Positions 1 through 10,215 of a DNA stretch of 64,000 bases are shown here, piece after piece. The stretch spans positions 4,584 to 68,583 of the IMG/VR virus record IMGVR_UViG_2915177872_000003. The stretch is one strand, 5' to 3'. Below the pieces are notes generated by a model. The model was given only the letters and a program-made list of their open reading frames with translations. It searched no databases and had not been told where the DNA came from. The DNA is from a virus. Lineage: Duplodnaviria > Caudoviricetes. The position numbers were made by a program, and so were the translations under genes. Positions within the stretch are counted from its first letter, which is position 1, and each line of letters begins with the position of its first letter.

Positions 1-144
1 CGCGGCAGCTGCCGCCCACCACATCGCGCCGCCGGCGCTACCGCCGGCCAGCAGGACCGCCAGCAGCACCAGGGTGGACACCTTCCAAAGCTGGCCGGCC
101 AGCACGCCGCCGGCACCAGCCACCACCTCGCCGAGCGCGCTCAT
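1..144 (-). CDS. Probable i-spanin (Rz-like), 5' part only
   Basis: ATG at 144 overlaps the endolysin stop. MSALGEVVAGAGGVLAGQLWKVSTLVLLAVLLAGG has an N-terminal TM segment, and the gene lies downstream of the endolysin. Confidence 0.6.
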   Translation of the reverse strand, partial: MSALGEVVAGAGGVLAGQLWKVSTLVLLAVLLAGGSAGGAMWWAAAAA

Positions 145-1094
145 AGCGCCGCCCAGGCGGCGAAGTACTTCGCCGATCGCATCTGGAACACGTTGCGCAC
201 GTGCTCGCGGTTGATGTCACACGCCGACCGGCTGCCGTACAGCGGCTCGCGCGACTTCAGGCAGTGCAGTTCGACGTTGCCGAACCACTGACCAGGATCG
301 CAGCCCCTGGCGAGCGCACACGCGCGGCGCTCGCGCTGCACACCGGCCGGGCCGCCGTTGTAGCCGGCGTCACCGAATTCAAGCATCGCCGGCGCCTGGC
401 GGAACTGGCGCGCCGAATCGCGCGACATCAGCACCAGAGCACGGAACTGCAGGTCAGGCCGCTGGTACACGGTCGACCAGGACAGCGCGCCCAGCTCGGC
501 GCCGTACTGGTCGCGCACGCCGGCCAGCGCATCAAAGCGCACGCTGCCGTCGGCACGGTAGGCGCGCGTGATCTGGCCGACACCCGCGCCCTCCTCGCGC
601 GCCGTCTTCAGCTGCGCACCAGGATTCCAGCAACCGCGCGCGCGCAGCGTGATGCACGACTCCTGCTCGACCAGGCCGGCCAGTAGTGCCGGGCGCGGAT
701 GATCCGGCCACAGGCGCTGCTGCTCAGCTTTCAGCACCGGCAGGTATTTCACTGCGCCGGCCGGCAGGTCTGCCGCATGCGCGCGCGGCGAGAACACCAG
801 CATCAGCGCCGCCAGGATGATGGCCATGGCGATCAGCGCCAGCCCGGCACCGGTCGCTTCCTCGCTGGCGCGCGCGAACAGCTTGCGCATGTCCGCCTCC
901 GGGTAGTCCAGCAGCGCCTTGCGCGCCCAGTGGGACGCCGCCACCGCCCAGATACCCTGCAGGATGGCCACGCCGCCCAGCACGGTCGCCCAGCCGTGAT
1001 CAGGATCTGACTCCAACGATGCCCAGACGGCCAGGATGGCGCCGCCGAACAGGAATAGCGAGCGATGGCGCGTGATGTATTTCAGGATTTTCAT
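141..1094 (-). CDS. Endolysin: 3-TM membrane region fused to a lysozyme-like lytic transglycosylase domain
   Basis: Start MKILKY at 1094 (ATGA overlap). Three hydrophobic segments, then PRAHA/ADLP, catalytic EQES, GVGQIT and YNGG motifs of SLT-like enzymes. Confidence 0.85.
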   Translation of the reverse strand: MKILKYITRHRSLFLFGGAILAVWASLESDPDHGWATVLGGVAILQGIWAVAASHWARKALLDYPEADMRKLFARASEEATGAGLALIAMAIILAALMLVFSPRAHAADLPAGAVKYLPVLKAEQQRLWPDHPRPALLAGLVEQESCITLRARGCWNPGAQLKTAREEGAGVGQITRAYRADGSVRFDALAGVRDQYGAELGALSWSTVYQRPDLQFRALVLMSRDSARQFRQAPAMLEFGDAGYNGGPAGVQRERRACALARGCDPGQWFGNVELHCLKSREPLYGSRSACDINREHVRNVFQMRSAKYFAAWAAL

Positions 1095-1276
1095 TTCATG
1101 CCTTTCAGTGAGCCGTAAGCGGCGATGCCTACGATGATTGCGACGATGGCCTTCCACACCACGCCCCATACGCCGCGACCGAGATCGCCGTAAAAGCGCT
1201 CGGCGACCTTGTTTTCGAACCGATCGACAATCGCATCAATATCGGCGTCGGTGAGTTTCCGTTCTTCCTCTGGCAT
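1091..1276 (-). CDS. Small single-TM protein, holin/antiholin candidate
   Basis: 61 aa MPEEERKLTDAD...WKAIVAIIVGIAAYGSLKGMK; first gene of the lysis cassette. Confidence 0.6.
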   Translation of the reverse strand: MPEEERKLTDADIDAIVDRFENKVAERFYGDLGRGVWGVVWKAIVAIIVGIAAYGSLKGMK

Positions 1277-1296
1277 GTGCAGCCTTTCTTTAGGCG

Positions 1297-1319
1297 AAAA
1301 AAATCCCGCCGAAGCGGGT
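1297..1319 (-). terminator. Rho-independent terminator
   Basis: Minus strand ACCCGC-TTCG-GCGGGA followed by a T run. Confidence 0.7.
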
Positions 1320-1328
1320 CGTGGTTGA

Positions 1329-1559
1329 TCAAGTTGAAGCGGCCGGCTCTGGGTCTTCCGGCGGACTGTCAGGCGCTGGCACTTCATCCGATGGCTCGTA
1401 GCCTGGACGCCACTTCCATGTCCAGCCGTGGTTCTCGGCGTACCAGTCGGCGAAACAGCGCGAGGCGTGAAGCGCGGTCTGGTAGTTGCCGTCTGTGTCG
1501 AAGAATTCGGCATCACCGGCTTCTTCAAAGCCGGTGCAGGTGTACTGGATGGTAGGCAT
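1329..1559 (-). CDS. Small acidic protein after the tail fibre (possible fibre chaperone)
   Basis: 76-aa ORF directly downstream of the fibre gene. Confidence 0.5.
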   Translation of the reverse strand: MPTIQYTCTGFEEAGDAEFFDTDGNYQTALHASRCFADWYAENHGWTWKWRPGYEPSDEVPAPDSPPEDPEPAAST

Positions 1560-1568
1560 ATGCGATCC

Positions 1569-3542
1569 TTAAGGCGAGATGATAACGGCGAATGCTTGGC
1601 CGCCGTTGCCCGAGGTCAGGGTGGCGGAGACGAGAGAACCAGACGAAAGAGATACGCCGCCGGTGCCGCCGCCATAGGTGGAATCGCCGCTGCTCATCGT
1701 CATACCGCTGCTGCCGGTCTGGCACGTCACTCCGCCGGTGCCGCCCAGCATCGATGCCGAACCACTTCCGATAGTCGTAGGTATCCCTGAGCCGATTGTT
1801 CCGCCCGTCCCCGCACCGGAACTAGCTGTGCCGCTCGTCGCATTTTGGACAGCATTGGTGCTGGCGCCGGTCAGGTTCAGTGGAATAGACAACAAGATAT
1901 TGAGGAAATCAGTATCGATTACAGGTGCGGTTCCGAGTACGGAGTTTGTGACGTTTGCCGAAGGCGAATACGCATTTGCTCCGGCGGATGCGCTCATATC
2001 ATTAGTCAGCGTGACATTTCCGCTCTTACCGCCCACGCCAGCACCACCTGACGCCGCCATAATGCTACCGCCGCCGCCGGAGGTTACCTGGACATCGCCG
2101 CTTTTGTTGGCGCTGCCCTTGTACGGCGGGGCTGCACCGCCTGAAGCGCCGTTGCATTGAATGCCTGCGCCGCTCATAGTGATAGTGACGCTGCCCGATG
2201 GGCTGCCCGGGAAGTTGTAATCACCTCCGGATGCGGTGCCACCGACTGCCCCAGCCGCCACAGTAGAACTGGTGCTGCCCACGGTGGCATTGCCTTTCTT
2301 GCCACCGCCGGCGGTCAGCGACACCGAGCCGCCGACAAAAGTGGAGTCCACAGCGTCGTTGCCGTTCAGGGCCACGTTTGCTCCAGTAGACGGGGTTGTG
2401 ACAGATGCGCCACGAGCACCCAAAACCAAGGTATAAGTGTCTCCGGCCGTCGCGTAGAAGGTTTTCAGAACGATGCCGGCCGTAGAGCTGCCGCTGGCCG
2501 CAGCGCGAGCACCACCGACACCAATAGCGCAGGCACCGGAACCGGCCGCCCCGACCAGCATGACGGTATGCCAGCCAGTAATTTGCGCGGCCCACACCGT
2601 CGATGCTTTCAGCACCTGGGTGTTGCGCCCAGTGGCGCCGGCGCCAGCACCGTTGTTCCGACGAACGGTGACGAGAAACTTGCTGACCGTGTCAGCCACG
2701 ATGTCCAGCTCATCTCCCGGGTTGATGACGGTCGAGCCGCCATGCACGAAGAAGTTCGTGCTGCTGGTGATCGAGAACGTCGACTCGGCCTTCAGCGTAC
2801 GCTTGGCGCCCGGCTGCGACGCATTCGGCAAGCCAGTGATGGTGGCCGTCTGGGTGATCGGCACATAGTTGCCGCCGGCGTTCCAGACATCCGGCGTCGC
2901 GCTGCTGGCCGGCGCCGTGCCCTTCAGCTCGTCCAGTGCGCCGGTGAGCTGGCCGCCGGCAGTGCCACCGCCTGGGCCGCGCGCACCGCCCGGCGTGATG
3001 ACCCAATCGCTGTATGTGCCGGCCGGACCTTCTGTCAGCGTGGTGGTGACCGTCAGCGTGGTACCGACGTAAGATGCCACGGTTCCGAACATGCGCGCGG
3101 CCGGCGTGCCGGTGCTGCCGACCTGCAGCAGTTCGCCAGGCGGAAACTGCTTCCCAGCCGGGACCGTGAATACCTTCGTGCCATTGCCGAGCACCACGGC
3201 GGTGGTGCTGTTGGCGGTCAGGCTGGTGGACGAATTTGCTGCGGCGAGCTCGCTGGCATGGGCAGCGTTGGCGCTCTCGGCTGCCGCGTCCGCGAAACTC
3301 GACGCCTGCTCCTTGAACAACTGCGCGTCGTCGGCGCTGTCGCTTGCCTCGTTGGCTTTCGTGATGGCGGTCGCCGCAGCGGCAGTGGCCGATGCCTCCT
3401 TTGCGTTCACGTTTTCTTCCAGCGAATTTGCCTCATCACCCCAGTCAGGCAATTCAGCCATGTATTTTTCCGATGCCGCATCGAATTCGGCTTGCGGCAT
3501 CGTGCGGCTTGGCAGCCCTTCCATCAGCTTGGTGATCGGCAT
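1569..3542 (-). CDS. Tail fibre protein with Gly-rich C-terminal domain
   Basis: Start MPITKLM overlaps the upstream stop. Ala-rich coiled coil followed by GxGG-rich repeats; position after the minor tail protein. Confidence 0.8.
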   Translation of the reverse strand: MPITKLMEGLPSRTMPQAEFDAASEKYMAELPDWGDEANSLEENVNAKEASATAAAATAITKANEASDSADDAQLFKEQASSFADAAAESANAAHASELAAANSSTSLTANSTTAVVLGNGTKVFTVPAGKQFPPGELLQVGSTGTPAARMFGTVASYVGTTLTVTTTLTEGPAGTYSDWVITPGGARGPGGGTAGGQLTGALDELKGTAPASSATPDVWNAGGNYVPITQTATITGLPNASQPGAKRTLKAESTFSITSSTNFFVHGGSTVINPGDELDIVADTVSKFLVTVRRNNGAGAGATGRNTQVLKASTVWAAQITGWHTVMLVGAAGSGACAIGVGGARAAASGSSTAGIVLKTFYATAGDTYTLVLGARGASVTTPSTGANVALNGNDAVDSTFVGGSVSLTAGGGKKGNATVGSTSSTVAAGAVGGTASGGDYNFPGSPSGSVTITMSGAGIQCNGASGGAAPPYKGSANKSGDVQVTSGGGGSIMAASGGAGVGGKSGNVTLTNDMSASAGANAYSPSANVTNSVLGTAPVIDTDFLNILLSIPLNLTGASTNAVQNATSGTASSGAGTGGTIGSGIPTTIGSGSASMLGGTGGVTCQTGSSGMTMSSGDSTYGGGTGGVSLSSGSLVSATLTSGNGGQAFAVIISP

Positions 3543-4681
3543 TACACTTTCCCTTCTATTTGCATTGCGATTTTTGACCGTGCGAAATCGGACACAACGG
3601 TCTTGAAGCTGGAGAACACGCCGCACACCAGGCTGAGGTCGAACTGTTTGGCGCCGATGAAGACCACCGTTTTCTGCCGGAAGTCGATCAGGCGCTCGTG
3701 CACCTCATCGACCACGTCGTTACTCAGATCGAGGTCGATAGTCATCTTCTTGGAGTAGCCCCGCACCGTGGTCTCGCTGGTGCCGTCAGCGTTGAAACGC
3801 GTGGTGGAGTAGTCCTTGATCTCCGCCTCCAGACCATACTGCGACAGGCCAACATCTTCGAGCGGGCCGATGCAGAACATCCCGCATTTAGCGGTACCGC
3901 CCGGCTTCTTGATGCGCACCTCGAAAGAAGCCGCGTAGTACAGCGGCAGGTTGAGCGTGCAGAACTGCCGGCGCCGGCGGATGCGTTTGAACAGCCAGTT
4001 GTAGAAGCTGCTGCCTGAATTTGACACGTTGAGGCTTGTGGTTTCGTTGAGCACAACACCATCCGTAGGATCGGTGCCGATCACCTGAATCTCGTCGGCA
4101 TCGGTGTTGCCCAGATAAAGCCCTTGTGCGATGGCCTGCGGCCGCACTGTCACGACGATCTCGTCCGCGTGCTCGGTCTGCGTGTTGTTGTAGTCATCAA
4201 ACATCTTCCAGCGGTTGGTCGCGCCGGCCGGTAGCCAGTACGTCTTATCGGTCAGTGCTCGGTTGAAGTTCTGGCCAGCTGTGGCGTTGTGCACGCCGGA
4301 CTGTGACCCTGATGTGTTGATGGCGGCACCACCTGCAGTCGCACTCACCTGGAAGGTATTTGTGGCTGGCGATACCACGTAGTAGACGGCATTACGCGCG
4401 AGGCCAGTGGGCAGCGCGCCGGTGGTTTCGAACGAAACCGGCGTGCCGGCAGCCAGCCCGTGCCCGCTCCACGTTACAACGCCAGGCGAAGCGACCGAGA
4501 TCGTAACGGTCGACCGCACACCAACTTTCGATTCGAAGAGTGCATGCGCGCTCGTGTCCATCACCTGATCACCAGCGGCATACACCCGGGTCAGGCTTTG
4601 CGCTGGCGCATCGTCTTCCGAAACGTTTGAATTGACGAATACGCCGGCCGCGGAGACTGCTATCGGATCCAAAATAATCAT
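3542..4681 (-). CDS. Minor tail / tail-tip protein
   Basis: 379 aa, directly after the tape measure gene; NRWKMFD motif and a beta-rich inserted domain. Confidence 0.75.
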   Translation of the reverse strand: MIILDPIAVSAAGVFVNSNVSEDDAPAQSLTRVYAAGDQVMDTSAHALFESKVGVRSTVTISVASPGVVTWSGHGLAAGTPVSFETTGALPTGLARNAVYYVVSPATNTFQVSATAGGAAINTSGSQSGVHNATAGQNFNRALTDKTYWLPAGATNRWKMFDDYNNTQTEHADEIVVTVRPQAIAQGLYLGNTDADEIQVIGTDPTDGVVLNETTSLNVSNSGSSFYNWLFKRIRRRRQFCTLNLPLYYAASFEVRIKKPGGTAKCGMFCIGPLEDVGLSQYGLEAEIKDYSTTRFNADGTSETTVRGYSKKMTIDLDLSNDVVDEVHERLIDFRQKTVVFIGAKQFDLSLVCGVFSSFKTVVSDFARSKIAMQIEGKV

Positions 4682-7600
4682 GCAGTTTCCTCAACTTCTT
4701 TCGTTGCGAGTGGAACCCCGCCATTAACAGCGCCATCCAGGAAGTCAGCGGTCTCAAGCGTGTTCTTCGCGATGGCGTAAAGGTGCGCTTCCAGCATCTG
4801 GCGCATCTCCGCGTTTTCGGCACGCTGAGCTTGCAACTCCGAGACCAGATCGGAGTTATCGCCTATCGGTGCGCGCAGGCGCGCCATCAGCTCGCGGTTG
4901 TCAGCGGCAGGGATGATTCGTTCGCCCTCGTGGATGTTGGCGGTCATGTCGTACGGAACGCTGTTCGTCCCGACATCAAACGAATGCAGCTTTTGGTATT
5001 CGTCGCTACCAAGGAAGCCCTGCTTTATCTGGTCCCACGACATGCCAGCCTTGATCGCCGCCTCCCAGGCATCCACGCCTGCAGCGTCGCCGGTTCGGCC
5101 GAGAAGTGTCTTGTAAATATCCTGAATCTTTGCCTCGTCGGACCCGGCGATCGCGCCGACCACATTCACTCCACCCGCAGCTTGGTCCTTCCAGAAATCG
5201 ACCTCACTACTGGACGCGTCGCGACCGAGGTACTGCTGGTACGCCGCCTGCGCCTGCGATGCGGCGGCCGCCACCGAATTGTTCATAGCTGCGGAAATAG
5301 ACTGCGCCAGCGCAGCCAGCGCCTGCGGGATCGACACGAGCGCCGTGCTGACGCCGTTCAAAACGTCCACCTGGGCCTTGGCCTGATCGAGCATTTCGTC
5401 CAGTTTGGCGAGCTCCGCTTCATGATCTTTCTGAAGCTGGTCCTTCTGGTCTTGCAGCGTCGCCAGCGTCTGCTCGGCGGTGGACAGTTGGTTGTCGGTC
5501 AGGTCTGCCAGCTGTGAGACACTACTCTGCGTTCGGTATAGGTCGCGCTGATAGTCCAGGTATGTGCTGAACTGGTCTGATGCATCCTTGCTCACGGTCG
5601 AGAGCGCGTTCTTCAGGCTGTCGGCATCAGGAAGCGGTCCGCCCGCCTTGGCGATCGCAAGCGCCGCCTCGATTTGCGCCTGCGCGGCCTGCCGGTCGGA
5701 CAGACTGCCGTCCGTGCCACTGAGCGCGTCCAACGTAGAACGGAGAGATTGGGACAGGCTTTGCAACTTGCTCACGGAGGACGTCACGTTGTCGATGCTC
5801 GCTTGCAGCTTGTCCGTGGCGGCCTGATACGCGGCGTTCAGCACATCCTTCTGACGGCTGATTGCGGACTCCAACTGGCCCAGTGCGGCATCCACTGCAC
5901 TCGTCAGCGCCTCGGCCGCCTTTGCAATTCGCTCCAACTCCTCCGATGCCTTCGCTTCAGCTAGGTCTTTGGCGGCTTTCACGGCTGCGTCAGCCGCCTC
6001 GGCGACGGCCTTGACCTCCGGTGCCAACTTCAACAGTGCGGCGAACAGATCCGCGCCGGCCTGCGTCGTTGTATCGACCCCCAGGACGATTTGCTTGTAC
6101 TGGTCCAGGCTGTCAAAATTTGCCAGGCCGAGCTTCTGAAGTTGTTCCGCCAGGTCCTTTTGGGTCTGCGCGAGCCGTTCGCTGTCGGACAGGACGTTCT
6201 GCTGGAAGTAAGACACGCTGCTCGATAGCGCGTCCAGGCCGCCGGCAGCCTTGATCAGGTTCTCACGCGCGGCGATGCTGGAAACTCCCACGGCACCGAA
6301 AGTTTTGCCGATGCTGCCCAGGATGACGTCAACGCTGGCGTAATCCGTAGCGACGCGCTGCAGGGTCGCGCTCAACGCCTCACCCTCGTTCTGGAACTGC
6401 GCGAGATTTGGAACCAACTCGGTCCCGATGGTGTCAGCCACGCCAGCGAAGAATTTGGTGATCGCTTCCTGCTGCGCCGTGGCATCCTTCATGCCGGTCA
6501 GATCGATGTTCAACTGCTGCACGCGCGTCGATAGCGCCGCGGTGTCTGCGCCAATGGTGTCGCCCAGCGTCTTGCTGACGTCGAGGATAGCTTTGTATGT
6601 GACGCTGAACGCCTCCGACTGTGTCGCGTCCAGCGGAGTGCTATCGGTGCCGCTCTTATCGCTGCGGAACCAACCGCCCTTCTGCGTCCAAGCCTCCACG
6701 GTTTCAATATTGGAGCTGGTCGGCGTAAGGCTGCCCTGCAGTGACGTGCTGGTGACGTTCTTCGAGCCCATGCCAAAGGCGCGGTTCAACAGTCCGCTGA
6801 CGGCGCCACCGATGGCGCCGCCGATCGGGCCGCCAAGAAACAGGCCCGCGATGGTGCTGATGTTGGTGATCGCGCTGCCATGGTTGCCAATCTGATATTC
6901 GCCCGAGATTGCCGAGCCGATCAGTTTTCCGACGCCGGCGCCGGCCAGGTAAGACGCAACGACGCCAGCGCCCTGCGCCAATGCCGAAGCAGGCAAGCCA
7001 GATCCTGCGCTGGAGTAGAAGCCGGTGTTCGTGCCGAGCATGTTCAGCCCGCTCTGCACGGTCTCTGTAACACCGCTGGCCAGGCTCGTGAAGCCGCCGG
7101 TGACAGCGGCATACGCGCTCTTGGCAGCGTTGTACAGGCTCGCCACGGACAGGGCGCTGCCAGCGACGCCGGTAGCCCCCCCGGCGGCTTGGGCAGCGGT
7201 TGCTGCACCAGCGCCCGTCACGCCCAGCAGGCTGGCCACAACCCTCACCACAAATGGCTGCGCGAACATCTTATAGATCTGATCAGCCACGGTCGTCTTG
7301 AACGTCGTGACCAGAGAGGTGGTGAACGACTTCCAGCCGGATTTGCCGTGGTTGAGCATGTCGGCGAACCCGTCGCGGAAGACATCGTCATACTTTTTGA
7401 TGGCTTCGCGTTGTTCGTCCAACATCAGCTTGATCGACTGGTCGCGGTACCAGACGTCGAATTGCTGCTGCAGCTGCTTCTGCTGTTCGGTGCCATCCCC
7501 GGCCAGCACGATTCGCTTGCGCCAAACATCGGCGTCGATCTCTGTCAGGGCGGCGGCACGCGCGCGCTCGTCGATGATCGAGTCCGCTGCGAACTTGCGG

Positions 7601-10179
7601 TTCTCTTCGGTCAACTGCTTGATGTAGCCCAGCGCATCGGTTTTGGTCAGGGCGTCGGCGCTTTTCTGCTTCACGGCGATCAGCCGCTCGGTCTGGGCGA
7701 TGTCGTTGGCAGTCAGTTCCAAATCAGCGGCATGCACCAGGCGATCCTGCAGGCGCGCCACGGTCAGTGCTTCGATCTGCGCCTTGGTCAGCCCGAAGGT
7801 AGCAGCCGCCTGTTCGTTCGCTGCGGCCTCGGCGGCTGCGGTGGCGAAGTCCTGGCGGCGCTGCTCGTTGAGCTCCGCAATGGCAGCGGCCACGCTGCGC
7901 TGAGACTTCAGCGCCTTCTCCGACGCATCCTCCTCCGCCAGCGCCGCGCGCACTGATGCCAGTTGGCCGGCCGTCAGCTTCACTTTGCCGCTGGCCAGCT
8001 CCTGGTCGAGCTTGATTCGCGCTTTCTGCGCATCACTGGCGTCGATACCGGCCGCCAGCTCCAGCTTGTTCGTGGCAGTGGCCTCGCGGATCGAACTGAT
8101 CAGGGTCTTGTACGCCTCGGCGGACTTATTGGCGCTGGCAACTGCCGCCTTTCCCGCCTCCGATCCCTTCCATGTTTCTTGCGCGAGCGTGGTCACCCCT
8201 GCGGTGTACTCGGCCATGCCGATGACGCCTTCGGCGAGCGCGGTCTGATAAGTCTTCAGGTCTTTCTGGTACTGACCGCTCACGCCGGTCACGCGTTCGC
8301 GAATCTCTACCAGCGCCTTTGCCGCTGCCGTATTTCCGGCGCCGTCCGCAGACGCTTTGTTGAAGCGCTCAATGAGTGCTGTAACCTCGCCATACTGGCC
8401 GCCAAGGACTTTGAGAATTTCACCGCGCGCTTCGTAGCTCAAATTAGCGTAATCACCCTGCGATTTGGCGACCTTCTCGCTTTCAGCAATGATCTCGGCC
8501 AACTTGTCATCCAGCGGATTTTGCTTTCCAGTGGATGGCATGCCGGCGAGGGCCAGCTTGTTGCGCCGTTCCATGACCTCGATTTGCTTGGTCATCTGTA
8601 CTACTACTTCGGCGGTGCTGGCCTTGGTTTCTTCCGCGGTCTTGGTATTTGCCTCCGTGCTGCGCGAGCTGTACCACGACCATGCAGTTGCAGCGAGCCC
8701 CAGCACGGTTACGACCGCGCCGACGGGGCCGCCGAGCAGACCCATTGCACGGCTCAGCAGACCAGCGGATGCGGCAGCCGTGCCAGTAGCGGCCGTCAGC
8801 GCAGTCTGAGCAGCCGTCTGGGCTGCGGTTGCCGCAGTGACCTGGGCGCTCACTCGGGCCTGCTGCTGCCCCAAGATTGCGAGCTCGGCGGTTGCGGCTG
8901 CGCGGGCTTGCTCGGCAACTGCAAGGTCAGCCTGCAAGCCAACACGTATCGCTTCCTGTACGGCCAGCTCGCGGTTGGAATCGCGAAGTACGCGCAGGGC
9001 GGTACTCAGCGCGCCGGCTGCGCTCGATGCTGCGATGGCCGCGCGCGCCTGCGCTGCCAGAGCATCCGTGCTGGCGATGGATGCCTGTGCCGTCTGGATA
9101 TTGGCATTTGCAACACCCAGCCGCGCCACCATTTCTTCACGAGCAACGACAATTGCGGCTTGCGTAGCCTGTAGGCCAGCGGTGGTGGCAGCCGTATTCG
9201 ACACTTGGGCCTCTGCGCTGGCGATGATAGCAGCGCGCGCGGCGTTCTCGGCCGCGACTTGTGCGTACACCGCCGTGATGCGCTCATACGTTTTAGTAGT
9301 CCAGGCGGTCAACCAGTTCGCCACATTTACTGCCGTGATCGTGCCGATCACGCCCATCAGGATGCTGAGGTTATTGGCCAGCAGCATGATGCCGCTCGTG
9401 AGCGCTGCAACCGTGCCGTTGGCTTGCGCCTGCGTGCCGGTGAACTCCAGCACGTTGTTCTTCAGCACGGTAAAGGCGCCGCTGATCGTCTGGACGTGCT
9501 TCGCCTCTTCCTGCAACTGCTGGAGTGCCTGCGGCAGCACCTGCGCCATGACCTTGGACGTGATCTCGCCATTGCTGGCCATATCCTTCAGTGCGCCGAC
9601 CGGCACGCCGATACCATCGGCCAGCGCCTTCATCAGGCGTGGCGCCGCTTCGTTGACGGCATTGAACTCCTCGCCGCGCAAAGTGCCAGAGGCGAACGAC
9701 TGCGACAGCTGCAACATGGCAGACGCCGCCTCGGCGCTGGTGGCGCCGCTCACCTTCAGCGCCAGATTGACGGTTTCGGTGATATCGGCGACGTTCTTTT
9801 GCGAGATGCCCAGTTCGCGGGTGCCGTTGGCGATCCGCGCGTATAGCGTGCCGGTCGCGGCCAGATCCTGCTGCGCGGTCGCGGCGATGCGGCGTACGTC
9901 CTCGACGGCGGCGGCGTATTCCCGCTGCGACTGGGTAGCCAGTTGCAACTGCGCGGTGAACTTCGTGTATTCGTCGGCCATCTTGATGATGGCGCCGACG
10001 CCGACACCGATGCCGAGGAATTGCAGCGCCTGGGCAGCCTTGCGGGCGGCCACATCGATTGCAGTGACCTGCTGCTCGGCGCGTGCGCCGGCACCTCGGA
10101 AGTTCTCCATGTCGCGCGCAGCAGTGCGCGCTTCGCTGGAGTCGATCCGGATCCCGAGGGTGGCGATATCAACGGTCAT
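4678..10179 (-). CDS. Tape measure protein
   Basis: 1833 aa, Ala-rich. N-terminal tape-measure domain (QLSQSFASGTLRGEEFNAV) and C-terminal HEGERIIP motif. Confidence 0.95.
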   Translation of the reverse strand: MTVDIATLGIRIDSSEARTAARDMENFRGAGARAEQQVTAIDVAARKAAQALQFLGIGVGVGAIIKMADEYTKFTAQLQLATQSQREYAAAVEDVRRIAATAQQDLAATGTLYARIANGTRELGISQKNVADITETVNLALKVSGATSAEAASAMLQLSQSFASGTLRGEEFNAVNEAAPRLMKALADGIGVPVGALKDMASNGEITSKVMAQVLPQALQQLQEEAKHVQTISGAFTVLKNNVLEFTGTQAQANGTVAALTSGIMLLANNLSILMGVIGTITAVNVANWLTAWTTKTYERITAVYAQVAAENAARAAIIASAEAQVSNTAATTAGLQATQAAIVVAREEMVARLGVANANIQTAQASIASTDALAAQARAAIAASSAAGALSTALRVLRDSNRELAVQEAIRVGLQADLAVAEQARAAATAELAILGQQQARVSAQVTAATAAQTAAQTALTAATGTAAASAGLLSRAMGLLGGPVGAVVTVLGLAATAWSWYSSRSTEANTKTAEETKASTAEVVVQMTKQIEVMERRNKLALAGMPSTGKQNPLDDKLAEIIAESEKVAKSQGDYANLSYEARGEILKVLGGQYGEVTALIERFNKASADGAGNTAAAKALVEIRERVTGVSGQYQKDLKTYQTALAEGVIGMAEYTAGVTTLAQETWKGSEAGKAAVASANKSAEAYKTLISSIREATATNKLELAAGIDASDAQKARIKLDQELASGKVKLTAGQLASVRAALAEEDASEKALKSQRSVAAAIAELNEQRRQDFATAAAEAAANEQAAATFGLTKAQIEALTVARLQDRLVHAADLELTANDIAQTERLIAVKQKSADALTKTDALGYIKQLTEENRKFAADSIIDERARAAALTEIDADVWRKRIVLAGDGTEQQKQLQQQFDVWYRDQSIKLMLDEQREAIKKYDDVFRDGFADMLNHGKSGWKSFTTSLVTTFKTTVADQIYKMFAQPFVVRVVASLLGVTGAGAATAAQAAGGATGVAGSALSVASLYNAAKSAYAAVTGGFTSLASGVTETVQSGLNMLGTNTGFYSSAGSGLPASALAQGAGVVASYLAGAGVGKLIGSAISGEYQIGNHGSAITNISTIAGLFLGGPIGGAIGGAVSGLLNRAFGMGSKNVTSTSLQGSLTPTSSNIETVEAWTQKGGWFRSDKSGTDSTPLDATQSEAFSVTYKAILDVSKTLGDTIGADTAALSTRVQQLNIDLTGMKDATAQQEAITKFFAGVADTIGTELVPNLAQFQNEGEALSATLQRVATDYASVDVILGSIGKTFGAVGVSSIAARENLIKAAGGLDALSSSVSYFQQNVLSDSERLAQTQKDLAEQLQKLGLANFDSLDQYKQIVLGVDTTTQAGADLFAALLKLAPEVKAVAEAADAAVKAAKDLAEAKASEELERIAKAAEALTSAVDAALGQLESAISRQKDVLNAAYQAATDKLQASIDNVTSSVSKLQSLSQSLRSTLDALSGTDGSLSDRQAAQAQIEAALAIAKAGGPLPDADSLKNALSTVSKDASDQFSTYLDYQRDLYRTQSSVSQLADLTDNQLSTAEQTLATLQDQKDQLQKDHEAELAKLDEMLDQAKAQVDVLNGVSTALVSIPQALAALAQSISAAMNNSVAAAASQAQAAYQQYLGRDASSSEVDFWKDQAAGGVNVVGAIAGSDEAKIQDIYKTLLGRTGDAAGVDAWEAAIKAGMSWDQIKQGFLGSDEYQKLHSFDVGTNSVPYDMTANIHEGERIIPAADNRELMARLRAPIGDNSDLVSELQAQRAENAEMRQMLEAHLYAIAKNTLETADFLDGAVNGGVPLATKEVEETA

Positions 10180-10215
10180 TGGCAGCCCAAAAGAAAAGAC
10201 CGCCTCAAGGGCGGT

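Noticed and set aside
1569-3542. Diversity-generating retroelement or invertible tail-fibre switch
   Set aside because: No reverse transcriptase, template-repeat duplicate or invertase is visible in the window.
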